From Pirellulales bacterium (GTDB taxonomy: Bacteria; Planctomycetota; Planctomycetia; Pirellulales; JAICIG01): a DNA stretch of 64,000 bases. This document shows positions 29,032-39,000 of this stretch, piece after piece; position 1 is the first letter of the stretch, and each line of letters begins with the position of its first letter. Where the stretch lies: assembly GCA_040901675.1 (NCBI GenBank), contig JBBDYJ010000001.1, positions 75,618 through 139,617 on the forward strand, read 5' to 3'. A program made the translations under genes and the position numbers. The notes beneath the pieces are model-generated. The model was given only the letters and a program-made list of their open reading frames with translations, ran no database searches and was not told the origin of the DNA.

Positions 29032-29862
29032 TCACCGGGGCACCGCGTCCGGCAAACCCGTTTGCGCCACCACCACCAGGGCCGTCGCCGAGGCGCCTGC
29101 CCGCCTGAGCTCCCTGGCCGCCTCGCTCGAAGTGGCCCCGCTGGTCAGGATATCGTCGACCAGCAGCACCCGCGCCTGTTCGAAGCGGACCCCGGCCGGC
29201 ACCGCGAATGCCCGCCGCAGATTGATCCGCCGGGCCGTCCGCGTCAGCGGACCCTGCTGCCGCGTTTTTCGCCGCCGCACGAGGGCCTTGGGAGCATGCG
29301 GCACCTCGAGCCGCCGGGCCAGCACGCCCGATACGACCTGCGGACTGTTCGTGCCCCGCGCCAGCCGCCGAGTCCAGTGCATCGGAACCGGCAGCACCAC
29401 GTCGGGCCGCCAGCCAGCCAGCTCCGCCCCCACCCGCCGCCACAGCAGCTCGGCCATGGCCGCCGACAGCGGTTCCTCCTCGACGTGTTTCATTCGCAGC
29501 ACCAAGGCCCTGAGAGAGCCGTCGTAGGCGCCCAGGCACCAGACGCGCTGGACGGCGCCGCGGCGGCCCCGGACTTCGGAGTTCGGCGAGCTCAGTCGAG
29601 TCGCGAGCTCAGTCGAGCCGCAGGCCGGGCAGCCGGTGTCGGCATGGTCCGGAGGCAACTCGGCGCCGCAGCGCGGGCAGCGTTCGCCCGCTCCGGCCAG
29701 CGCTTCCTTGTTGCACTCGGCACAGAATGGTCCGGCCGCGGGGTCCACGAGCTCGGCGTCGCAAGCGGCGCAGCGGGGCGAAAACACCAGGTCGCACAAG
29801 CCACCCGCCAGGCTGGCCGTGCCGGCCAGCAGGCGCAAGAATCGGCCTCGTGCAGCTTGCAT
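29032..29862 (-). CDS. comF: ComF family protein (double Zn ribbon + phosphoribosyltransferase), carrying a 16-aa in-frame insertion
   Basis: CAAC..CAEC..CPRC..CPAC, PVPMHW.R...RG.N, VLLVDDILTSGAT; start 29862 or 29883. Confidence 0.9.
   Translation of the reverse strand: MQAARGRFLRLLAGTASLAGGLCDLVFSPRCAACDAELVDPAAGPFCAECNKEALAGAGERCPRCGAELPPDHADTGCPACGSTELATRLSSPNSEVRGRRGAVQRVWCLGAYDGSLRALVLRMKHVEEEPLSAAMAELLWRRVGAELAGWRPDVVLPVPMHWTRRLARGTNSPQVVSGVLARRLEVPHAPKALVRRRKTRQQGPLTRTARRINLRRAFAVPAGVRFEQARVLLVDDILTSGATSSEAARELRRAGASATALVVVAQTGLPDAVPR
29572..29619 (-). mobile_element. 48-bp nested dimer of a 24-bp palindromic mini-element, inserted in-frame in comF
   Basis: Reverse complement matches 63547-63594 at 46/48 positions; encodes GSTELATRLSSPNSEV. 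Confidence 0.85.
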
Positions 29863-30039
29863 GGTCGTCGGACTCGGCCACATAGGGGAACCCGTGAAGA
29901 TTTCCGGCATCGGTAAGCCGCAACCCATCTTATCCGGTCTGCCCTGCCTCGTGTACCGTGCTAGTTGACCGATGTTGACCCCCTGCAAGAATTGATTCAT
30001 AGTTGCACCGTGCGATCCTTGCCGAACAGACGCGAACAA

Positions 30040-31326
30040 GTGCTCCAGCGGCCCGTCGCTCACGGGGCCGACGGCATCAGCCAGCGCGCCCATCGGGCCA
30101 GCGGGCAGCCGATCAGCCGGCTGATGCACCAGGCGCTGGCCCACCCCGACTTGATTTCGCTGGCCGCCGGCTTCGTCGATCAGCAAACGCTGCCCCTCGA
30201 GCCCACCCGAAAGGCGCTCGACCGCCTCTGGTCCGATCCGGCCGGCGCCCGCGCCGCATTGCAGTATGGAACGACGCAGGGCTACCCGCCGCTGCGCGAG
30301 GCCCTGCTGGCCGATTTGCGCAAGGCCGACGGCGGCGGCCAGCCCGACGTGTCGGTCGACCAGGTCGTGGTGACGGCCGGCAGCAACCAGTTGCTGCACC
30401 TGCTGGCCGACACGCTGCTGGACCCCGGCGACATCGTGCTGTGTACGGCGCCCAGCTACTTTGTGTACCTTGGCATGTTGCGGAGCCTAGGCGTGCGCTC
30501 GGTGGGAGTGGTCAGCGATGAGAAGGGGATGGTGCCCGAGGCGCTCGAAGACAGCCTGCGCGCCATCGAGGCGGCCGGCGAGCTGGCGCGGGTCAAGGCG
30601 ATCTACCTCGTCAGTTATTTCGACAACCCGCGGGGCGTGACGCTGGCCGCCGAGCGGCGCGGCCCGGTCGTCGAGATCGCCAAGCGCTGGTCAATGGCCG
30701 GCAAGATTTACGTCATCGACGACGCGGCCTACCGCGAGCTGCGCTACGAAGGGCCCGATTTGCCCAGCCTGCTCGCGCACGATGCCGAGCGGGACACGGT
30801 GATCCTGGCCCAGACGTTTTCCAAGTGTTATTCGCCCGGCATCCGGCTGGGGTACGGCGTGCTGCCTCGGCAGCTCGTCCAGCCGGTCCTGGATCAAAAG
30901 GGGAACGCGGACTTCGGCTCGCCCAATTTCAATCAGCATCTCGTGGCCGCCCTGCTGGAGCAGAACCTGCTGGCGCCGCACGTCGAGCAACTGCGGTCGA
31001 ACTACCGCTCGAAGCTGGCGGCCATGCTCGAAGCGGCCGAGCAGTTTCTTTCGCCGCTGCCCGGCGTCCGCTGGCTGCGGCCGGCCGGCGGGCTGTACGT
31101 CTGGCTCGAGCTGCCGCCCGAGCTGCCGGCCGGGCCGGGCGGAGGCCTGGTCGAGCGGGCCCTGGCCGAAGGCGTGCTCTACGTGCCGGGCGAGTACTGC
31201 TACCCGGAAGAAGGAGCGGCGATCGAAGCCAACACCATCCGGCTCAGTTTCGGCGTCCAATCGCGCGAGCGGATACGCCTGGGCATCGAGGCCTTGGCGC
31301 GGGCCATCCGGAACTGCCTGGAGTAA
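30040..31326 (+). CDS. PLP-dependent aminotransferase class I/II (LysN/AvtA-like)
   Basis: ISLAAG, LQYG.TQG..PLRE, FDNPRG, IDDAAY, TFSK, PGIRLG, IRLSFG; exact start uncertain. Confidence 0.9.
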   Translation: MLQRPVAHGADGISQRAHRASGQPISRLMHQALAHPDLISLAAGFVDQQTLPLEPTRKALDRLWSDPAGARAALQYGTTQGYPPLREALLADLRKADGGGQPDVSVDQVVVTAGSNQLLHLLADTLLDPGDIVLCTAPSYFVYLGMLRSLGVRSVGVVSDEKGMVPEALEDSLRAIEAAGELARVKAIYLVSYFDNPRGVTLAAERRGPVVEIAKRWSMAGKIYVIDDAAYRELRYEGPDLPSLLAHDAERDTVILAQTFSKCYSPGIRLGYGVLPRQLVQPVLDQKGNADFGSPNFNQHLVAALLEQNLLAPHVEQLRSNYRSKLAAMLEAAEQFLSPLPGVRWLRPAGGLYVWLELPPELPAGPGGGLVERALAEGVLYVPGEYCYPEEGAAIEANTIRLSFGVQSRERIRLGIEALARAIRNCLE

Positions 31327-31329
31327 GCC

Positions 31330-32466
31330 GTGCGGATCATCGACCGCTACCTGCTGCGGCAGTTCGTGCAGGTGTTTCTGATCTGCTTCACGAGCATCAC
31401 GGGGCTGTACCTGGTGTTCGACGCCTTCAGCAACCTCGACGAGTTCATGCGCTACACGGAAAAGGAAGGGGGCCTGCTGCTGGTGATGGGCGAGTTCTAC
31501 GCCTACCGGTCGATCTTCTTCTTCGACCGGGCCAGCGGCATGTTGACGATGATCGCGGGCATGTTCACCGTGACCTGGATCCAGCGGCACAACGAGCTGA
31601 CCGCCTTGCTGGCGGCGGGCATCTCGCGGACGCGCGTGATCCTGCCCATCGTGTGCGCGGCCGTGTCGATCAGCCTGCTGACGGCGGCCAACCGCGAGCT
31701 GGTCATTCCGCGGTTGGCGGGCGAATTGAGCAAGAACGCCAAGGACCTGCGCGGCGAAATGGGCCAGCAGCTCCGGCCCCGCTACGACAACGAAACCGTC
31801 ATCCTGATGCGCGGCCTGTTGACGTATGCCGCCGACCAACGGATCGAGAAGCCCAACTTCCTGCTGCCGGCCGAGCTGGACGACCTGGGCAGGCAACTGG
31901 CGGCGGCGAATGCCTACTACCATCCGGCCCGCGACGGCCGTGAAGCAGGCTACTTGCTGAAGGGAGTCACGCAGCCGCCCGGCCTGGCGAGCCACTCCTC
32001 GCTGTCGATCGGCCGCCGCCGCGTGATCATCACTCCGCACGACGAACCCGAATGGCTCGAGCCCGATGAGTGCTTCGTGGTCTCCAACGTCAGTTTCGAG
32101 CAGCTTGCCGGCGGCCGGGCCTGGAGGCAGTTTTCGTCAACGGCCGAATTGGTCGAGGGGCTCTCCAACCGCAGTCTCGACTTCGGCGCCGACGTGCGGG
32201 TGGCCATCCACACGCGGATGGTGCAGCCGCTTTTGGACCTGAACTTGCTGTTTCTCGGCCTGCCCTTGGTCCTCTCGCGCGACAACCGCAACGTGTTCGC
32301 GGCCATCGGACTCTGCGCGGTCCTCTCCACCGCCTTCATGCTGGTGGTGCTGGGATTCCAGTATTTGGGTACCATATACTTGCTGGATCCGGCGCTGGCC
32401 GCCTGGTCGCCGTTGATGATCTTCATCCCTTTGGCGGTGGCCCTGTTCGAGCAAGTGCGCCGCTAA
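31330..32466 (+). CDS. LptF/LptG (YjgP/YjgQ) family permease
   Basis: MRIIDRYLLRQF, RHNELTALLAAGIS..R...P, six TM helices, AAWSP. Confidence 0.9.
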   Translation: MRIIDRYLLRQFVQVFLICFTSITGLYLVFDAFSNLDEFMRYTEKEGGLLLVMGEFYAYRSIFFFDRASGMLTMIAGMFTVTWIQRHNELTALLAAGISRTRVILPIVCAAVSISLLTAANRELVIPRLAGELSKNAKDLRGEMGQQLRPRYDNETVILMRGLLTYAADQRIEKPNFLLPAELDDLGRQLAAANAYYHPARDGREAGYLLKGVTQPPGLASHSSLSIGRRRVIITPHDEPEWLEPDECFVVSNVSFEQLAGGRAWRQFSSTAELVEGLSNRSLDFGADVRVAIHTRMVQPLLDLNLLFLGLPLVLSRDNRNVFAAIGLCAVLSTAFMLVVLGFQYLGTIYLLDPALAAWSPLMIFIPLAVALFEQVRR

Positions 32467-32486
32467 TCTGGCTTGGGTGGCCCGCT

Positions 32487-32520
32487 GGGTGGCTGGGGCA
32501 AAGCGGTAGCGTGCCCCAGT
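32487..32520 (+). repeat. REP-like palindrome GGGTGGCTGGGGCAAAGCGGTAGCGTGCCCCAGT (uninterrupted allele)
   Basis: CTGGGGCA...TGCCCCAG hairpin; homologues at 63351-63385 and 63532-63613; followed by CAGTNNN heptamers. Confidence 0.8.
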
Positions 32521-32587
32521 CAGTGCCAGTGGTCAGTGGACAGTAGCAGGACTCGCCAGAGTTCTGGCGAAGCTGAGAGGTGTGGAA

Positions 32588-34261
32588 ATGGTCGAACAAG
32601 AGAAACCGGCCTGGGTCGATGGCCTCACGATCGGCGAGGTGCTGGCCCGCACCGCCGCCAGGCATCCCGATCTGGACTGCCTGGTGTTTGGCCAGCTCGG
32701 GCTGCGGCTGAGCTGGCGCGAGTTCGACGCCCGCGTGACCGAGGCGGCCCGCGGCCTGGCGGCGCTGGGGATCGAGCGGGGCCAGCACGTGGCCGTCTGG
32801 GCCACCAACGTGCCCGAATGGGTGATCCTGCAGTTTGCCACGGCCCGTATCGGCGCCTTGCTGGTCACGATCAACCCGGCGTATCGTCCCTTCGAGCTCA
32901 AGTACGTGCTGCGGCAGAGCGACGCGGTGGCGCTGTTCCTGGTCGATCGGTTCAAGACTTCCGACTACTACGCCATGCTGGCCGAGGTCTGCCCCGAGTT
33001 CCCCCAGGCCCAGCCCGGCCGGCTCGACTCCAACGAGTTTCCCTGCCTCCGCTGGGTGGTGGCTTTGAAAAGCCCGACGCCCGCCGGCGCCATCTCCTGG
33101 TCCGAGATGTGCCGGCGCGGGCGCGCCCAGGGCAAGCACGCCGCCGCACTCGAGGCCCGCCTCGACCCGAACGACGCCATCAACATCCAATACACGTCGG
33201 GAACGACCGGCTTTCCGAAGGCCGCCACGCTCAGCCACCGCAACCTGCTGTTGAACGCCTTCTATGTCGGGCAGTGCCAGGCCTTGACCGAGGCCGACCG
33301 GATCTGCATTCCGGTGCCGTTCTACCACTGCTTCGGCTGCGTGCTGGGCACGTTGTGCTCTGCGGTGTATGGGGCGGCGATGATCGTACCGGCCGAATCG
33401 TTCAACCCCGCGGCCACGCTGGAGGCGATCGAGCGCGATAGAGCGACTTCGATCTACGGCGTGCCCACCATGTTCATCGCCCAGTTGCAGGACCCGACCT
33501 TTGCCGGCCGCGACTTGTCGAGCCTGCGGACCGGCATCATGGCCGGCAGCCCCTGCCCGATCGAAGTCATGCGGCAAGTGATCGACGCGATGGGCGCCCG
33601 CCACATGACGATTGCCTACGGCCAGACCGAGGCCTCGCCCGTCGTCACGCAAACGCGGATCAACGACCCGCTGGAGTTGCGGGTCGAGACCGTGGGCCGG
33701 CCCTTGCCCGGCGTCGAAGTGAAGCTGATCGACCCGGCCACCGGCGCCACGCTGGGCGACAACCAGCAGGGCGAGCTGTGCAGCCGCGGCCACGTGGTGA
33801 TGCTGGGCTATTACAAGAACCCGGACGCCACGGCGGCGGCCATCGATGCCGAGGGCTGGCTGCACTCGGGCGACTTGGCTGTGCGGCTGCCCAACGGCTA
33901 CTACAAGATCACCGGCCGGATCAAGGACATGGTGATCCGCGGTGGCGAGAACATTTATCCCCGCGAGATCGAGGAGTTCCTGTTCACGCACCCGGCCGTG
34001 GAGCAGGCCGCGGTGGTCGGAGTGCCGGATCCGAAGTACGTGGAGGAGCTTTGTGCCTGGATCAGGCTCAAGGAGGGCTCCCGGAGCAGCGAAGACGAGA
34101 TCCGCCAGTTTTGCCGCGCTAAGCTGGCGCACTACAAGGTGCCGCGCTACGTCAAGTTCGTCGAGCAGTTTCCGCAGACGGTGACCGGCAAGATCCAGAA
34201 GTTCAAGATCCGCGAACAGATGATCGCCGAGCTGGGGTTGAAGGAACAGGAAACCGCTTGA
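32588..34261 (+). CDS. AMP-binding acyl-CoA synthetase (long/medium-chain fatty acid-CoA ligase family)
   Basis: [48 protein letters not shown]. Confidence 0.95.
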   Translation: MVEQEKPAWVDGLTIGEVLARTAARHPDLDCLVFGQLGLRLSWREFDARVTEAARGLAALGIERGQHVAVWATNVPEWVILQFATARIGALLVTINPAYRPFELKYVLRQSDAVALFLVDRFKTSDYYAMLAEVCPEFPQAQPGRLDSNEFPCLRWVVALKSPTPAGAISWSEMCRRGRAQGKHAAALEARLDPNDAINIQYTSGTTGFPKAATLSHRNLLLNAFYVGQCQALTEADRICIPVPFYHCFGCVLGTLCSAVYGAAMIVPAESFNPAATLEAIERDRATSIYGVPTMFIAQLQDPTFAGRDLSSLRTGIMAGSPCPIEVMRQVIDAMGARHMTIAYGQTEASPVVTQTRINDPLELRVETVGRPLPGVEVKLIDPATGATLGDNQQGELCSRGHVVMLGYYKNPDATAAAIDAEGWLHSGDLAVRLPNGYYKITGRIKDMVIRGGENIYPREIEEFLFTHPAVEQAAVVGVPDPKYVEELCAWIRLKEGSRSSEDEIRQFCRAKLAHYKVPRYVKFVEQFPQTVTGKIQKFKIREQMIAELGLKEQETA

Positions 34262-34272
34262 TCGAGTAATCC

Positions 34273-34788
34273 ATGAACAACAAGAAGGTGGTGCTGGGCG
34301 TGGCGCTCGGCTGCGGCGTTGTCGGCTTGGCCATTGTCCTGCTTTGCTCCGGGGCCCTGTTTTTCTCGTACCGGGCGGTGGCAAGCGGCGGGGATGTGTC
34401 GGTCCAAGTCGATTCGCTTTTTAAGGCCATGGCCGACGGCAAGTTCCGCGAAACGTATACCAGCCGGACCAGCCCCGAATTCCGCCGTGCGACAACCGAA
34501 ACCCAGTATTCCCAGATCGGAGCAACGGTGCAAAAACGCCTGGGCGCTCTCAAGTCCAAGCAAGTGGTCCGCTTCAACGCGCGCCAGTTCAACCTCGGGT
34601 CATTCATCGAGGTAGTCTACAACGCGCAGTTCGAGAAAGGGGCGGGAACGATCACACTCACCTTCAAACGCGCCGGCGATGATTGGCTGCTGCATGCCCT
34701 GAACGTCTCGTCGCCCACGCTTCTGGAGCCCGCCGAGCCGGAGCCTGAACCGATCCAGGCTGAACAAGATCCAACCATCGAAACCTGA
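34273..34788 (+). CDS. Membrane-anchored hypothetical protein (DUF3887/NTF2-like)
   Basis: N-terminal TM; 'LG.LKS', 'VVYNAQFEKG.GTI.LTF....DW' pattern. Confidence 0.65.
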   Translation: MNNKKVVLGVALGCGVVGLAIVLLCSGALFFSYRAVASGGDVSVQVDSLFKAMADGKFRETYTSRTSPEFRRATTETQYSQIGATVQKRLGALKSKQVVRFNARQFNLGSFIEVVYNAQFEKGAGTITLTFKRAGDDWLLHALNVSSPTLLEPAEPEPEPIQAEQDPTIET

Positions 34789-34799
34789 AGGTGAACCAC

Positions 34800-34952
34800 A
34801 TGCGTGCAACGATAACCATCAAGACGTTGGCTTGGACGGCCTGCCTGCTCCTTGCGCCGCTGGTGGCCGGCTGCCGGCGGCCGTCCGATCCCATCCCGCC
34901 GCAGGCGGAACCGGAGGCCGAGGCCGATGAGGCCGACGGCGCCGCTCAGTAG
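34800..34952 (+). CDS. Small 50-aa putative lipoprotein (possibly a truncated gene)
   Basis: MRATITIKTLAWTACLLLAPLVAG-C lipobox; SD-like GAAGGTG; below the ORF-track length cutoff. Confidence 0.55.
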   Translation: MRATITIKTLAWTACLLLAPLVAGCRRPSDPIPPQAEPEAEADEADGAAQ

Positions 34953-36025
34953 CGGCCGTCGCGGGCCTCATAGTGCGTCGGCTTGCCGAGATGCTCGCCG
35001 CCGCGGCGGACCCAGTCGGCGACGAGGCGGATCATCTGCTGCGCGGTGACGCGCGGGTATCCGAACAAGCGGTGGCTCTGCTGGGCGTTGCTCAGGAAAG
35101 CGTCGTGCGACTCGGCCCCGCTGAACTGCACCGGCTGGTCGAGCAGCCGGCCGAGCTCCTCGCAAACGCGCCGCACCGAGAGCGTCTCCGGCCCGGCCAG
35201 GTTGAGCACCAAGGGCGGCGTGGAGACGTGGCCAAACGATTCCAGGGCCATCGCGTTGGCGTCTGCCTGCCAGATGGCATTGAACAGCCCCATGGCCAGG
35301 TCGATCGTCTCGCCGGCCAGCACCTGCCGCGCCAGGTCGACCAGCACCCCGTAACGCGGCTCGTTGGCATAGTTCAAACGCAACAGCACCATCGGGATGG
35401 AGAGCACCTGGCTGAAGTACTGATAGATCCGCTCGCGGCCCAGCACGCTCATGGCGTACTCGCCCAGCGGTTGGGGCGGGTCGGTTTCGCACGAGCCGCC
35501 CAAGAGCACGCTGGTCAGCGGGTAGACGGCGCCGCTGGAAAAGGCCACCAGGCGGCTGGCGCGGAACTTCCGGCAGATCAGGCCGGGCAGGTAGCTGTTC
35601 ATGGCCCAGGTGAGGGCCGGCTGCGATGACGAGCCGAACTTCATGCCGGTCATCGCTATCACGTTGGGCGCCTCGGGCAGGCGGTCAAGCTGGTCCTGTT
35701 CCAACAGGTCGCAGGCAATCGTCTCGATTCCCCAGCCGGCCAGCCGCTCCTGAAGCCCCGGCTCGCTGAACCGCGAAACGCCGATCACCTTGTTGGGCCG
35801 CCCAGCGCCATCCAGCGCCCGGCGTGCCATGCGGGCCAGCGTGGGGCCCATCTTGCCCCCCACGCCCAGCACGATGAGGTCGCCCTCCAAACGCGCGAGT
35901 GTCTCGATGGCCCCCTGGCTTGGCTCGCTCAGCAGGTCCTCCAGCTCGTCGCGGGTCGCCGGCATGGGCTGATCGCGATCGCCGCGGGTGACTGGCGGTA
36001 TGTTTGCTCGCTCGCTGGTGTTCAA
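34946..36025 (-). CDS. NAD-dependent epimerase/dehydratase (extended SDR)
   Basis: LGVGGKMG Rossmann motif, FSSGAVY, GEYAMSVLGRE, RLNYA; alternative start 35965. Confidence 0.88.
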   Translation of the reverse strand: MNTSERANIPPVTRGDRDQPMPATRDELEDLLSEPSQGAIETLARLEGDLIVLGVGGKMGPTLARMARRALDGAGRPNKVIGVSRFSEPGLQERLAGWGIETIACDLLEQDQLDRLPEAPNVIAMTGMKFGSSSQPALTWAMNSYLPGLICRKFRASRLVAFSSGAVYPLTSVLLGGSCETDPPQPLGEYAMSVLGRERIYQYFSQVLSIPMVLLRLNYANEPRYGVLVDLARQVLAGETIDLAMGLFNAIWQADANAMALESFGHVSTPPLVLNLAGPETLSVRRVCEELGRLLDQPVQFSGAESHDAFLSNAQQSHRLFGYPRVTAQQMIRLVADWVRRGGEHLGKPTHYEARDGRY

Positions 36026-39000
36026 GGGTCTTGCGCTGGGTGTTGGGGGGTGGTCTTGCCGGCCCTCGTGGCCAGAACCAGCATGGCTTCGCCGTGCAAA
36101 AGTTGCAACTCCAAACGATCCTGCCAGCTCATCAGGCTGGCCACGGTGCCCCGCGTGCGCTCGTTCGTTTCACGCTCGATCCATTCATCCGCTTTTTCGA
36201 ACCATTGCCGCGCCTCGGCATGGTTCCCCTGGCGGTGCTCGGCCATGGCCAACAGCAGCCAATCGAAGGCCGTGCCGCCGCTCGCATCCGTTCGAAGCCC
36301 GGCCTTCAGCCGCTCGATGGCCGCCGCGTTGTCCCCCGCGCGGTAACTGACCGCACCGGCCGTGTTCAACAAGGCGTGGCTGTCGGCATGGCCGGCCAGA
36401 AGTTTATCGGCCGCTTGGACGAGTGGCCGGAGATCTTCCACCGCGTGGGGGGCGAGCACGCAGCACCAGAGCACCGCATTGATGGCGCCGGGATCCTGGG
36501 TGGCCCCCAGGGCGCCTGCCAGTTTCCGGCACGCCTCGCGATAACCCGCCGTGTTGCCGCGGGCCAGATGGAACAAGGCCTCCGTCCGCAGGCTGTGCAA
36601 AGTAACTTGAATCGCTCCTTCCAGCTTCGCGAAGTCGGCGGCGGCCCGCTGCCAGTCTCCCAGCTCGGCATGGCTTTCCGAGCGTTGATAATACAATGAC
36701 AGCGAATCGGGGTGCAGCTCGATCAGCTTGCCGAGGTGCCAGGCGCGGGCGAAGTGCTGCTGCCCTTCCATCAGACACTCCTGGGCCGCTCGCTCGTGCC
36801 AGGCCTCGACTTGTTCCGACGTGCCGGCAAACCCACTGCCATTCCGGGCAACTTCATTCCAGCGCGAACGGAACTCAGCGGGCTCCAACTCCACGACGCC
36901 GCTGTCTTCGTACAGCCGCCGGCCGGAAAGCGCTTCGGACAACCGCGCCAGCTCGTCGATCTTTCTTGTTTCACGGGGAAGCCGCCAGACCCGGGCCGAC
37001 TCGTCCATGTTCACGGTGAGCACGCCGCGTCCGTCGGGGCTGAAGGCGGCAAGCTGGCACCAATGGGGATGCATCAAGGGCGGCGTGACTGCCTCGCCCG
37101 TGGCCGCGTCCCAGACGCGGGCGGTGAAATCGCTGCTGGCCGTCAACAGCAGCGTTCCATCCGGGCTGAAGGCGACCGTGTTGACGTTGGCCGCGTGCTT
37201 CATCGGCGGAGTGAGCGGCGTTCCGCCCATGGCCTGCCAAATCCGGGCGGTATCGTCGTAGCTGGCCGTGGCCACCCGGCTGCTGTCCGGCGAGAAGACT
37301 GCCTGCGGTACGCCGTGGCTATGCGGGAACGGCCCGGCGACAAGCTGGCCGGTCTTGGCGTCCCACACGTTGGCTTCGCCGCCCCCTTCGCCCAAGCCTT
37401 CGCCACCGGCGGTCACCAGCAGCCGGCCATCCGGGCTGAAGGCGGCCCAATTGATATGAATTGTGTGCTGGACTCGAGGTCCCTGCGTTTTGCCGGTCCG
37501 CGCGTCCCAGACCTGCGCGCTCCCGTCCCGGCTGGCGGTGACCACGTGCCGCCCGTCTGGGCTGAAATCGGCGTGCTGCACGCTCGCTTCGTGCTTCATC
37601 GCCTGCCCGAGCGGCTCGAGCGTGGCGGCGTCCCACAGGCGGGCCGTGCCGTCCTCGCAGGCGGTCACCAGCCGGCTGCCGTCGGGGCTGAATGCGGCAT
37701 GGTATACCTTGCCGCCGTGTTCCAGATCCGCTCCGCGCTGTTTTCCGGTCTGCGCGTTCCAGATCCGCACGGTGCGATCCTCGCTGGTGGTCGCAAGCTC
37801 GCGGCCGTCAGGGCTGAAGGCCGCGTGCAGCACGACCGCCTTGTGCTCCAGCGGCGGCGAAACCGGTTTTCCGTCCTTGGCGTCCCAGACACGCGCGGCG
37901 AGGTCGTCGCCGGCGGTCGCCACGCGGCGGCCGTCGGGGCTGAACACGGCCATGCGGATCCGTGCCCGTTGCGCAAACCGCAGCGGAGCCGGCTCGCCTG
38001 CCGCCAGGTCCCACACGCGGGCGGTGCCGTCCCGGCAGGCCGTTACGATCCGGTGACCATCCGGGCTGAACCGCACCCGGTCCACGGGCCCCGCATGTTC
38101 CAACCGCCCCACCACGGGGCGCCCGCTCGCCACGTCCCAGACCTGCGCGGCCCCGTAGTAAGAGGCGGTGGCCACCCATCGGCCGTCCGGACTGAAGGCG
38201 AGCTGCTTCACCTCCCCCAAGTGCTCAAGTGGCGCCGTCAGTATCTGGCCGGTCTCGGTGTCCCAGACGCGCACCGAGGCGTCGTCGCAGGCTGTGGCCA
38301 GCCGTTTGCCGTCGGGACTGAAAAGGGCGTGCGTGACGATGTTGATGTGCCGCACCGGCGCGAGCGCCTGCCGGCCGCTGGCGGCGTCCCAGACCTGCGC
38401 CAGGAAATCATCGCTGCCGGTTACGAGGCGCGTCGAATCGGGGCTGAACGCGACGCTGCGCACCGCGCCGTCGTGCGATAAAGGCGCCCCCACGGCCCGG
38501 CCGGAGCTGGTATCCCACACCCGCGCCTCGCCCTTGCCCCGATAGCCCCGCACTTGTTCGCCGCAGGCAGCGGCCAGCAGCCGCCCATCGGGACTGAACG
38601 AAACCTGGCTCACGCCAAAGCCGTGGACGAGCGGTTCGCCAACCGGCTCGCCCGTGGCGGCCCGCCACAGCCTGGCCGTCTTGTCCGCGCTGGCGGTTGC
38701 CAGCAGGCGGCCGTCCGGACTGAAGCACACGTCGGTGACGGGGCCCTTGTGACCAAGCGGCGCGCCGATGGCCTCACCGCTCGAGGCGTTCCAGATGCGG
38801 GCGGTCCCATCCGTGCTGGCGGTGGCGGCCAGCGTTCCATCGGGACTGAATGCCGCCTTGGCGACCACGCCGGCATGCTTCAAGGCCGGACCGATCGGCG
38901 CGCCGGTCTCGGTGTCCCAAAGGCGGGCCGTCTGGTCCGCACAGGCGGTGATCACTCGCTTTCCGTCGCCATCGAACTCGGCATACATCACTCGATCGGC

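Noticed and set aside
29863..30399. N-terminal extension of comF to 455 aa
   Set aside because: Overlaps the divergent aminotransferase; ComF similarity starts only near the Zn ribbon.
36980..39000. Regularly spaced GGGCTGAA/TCCCAGAC motifs resembling a CRISPR-like array
   Set aside because: They are the coding FSPDG and VWD motifs of WD40 repeats; no cas genes or identical direct repeats.
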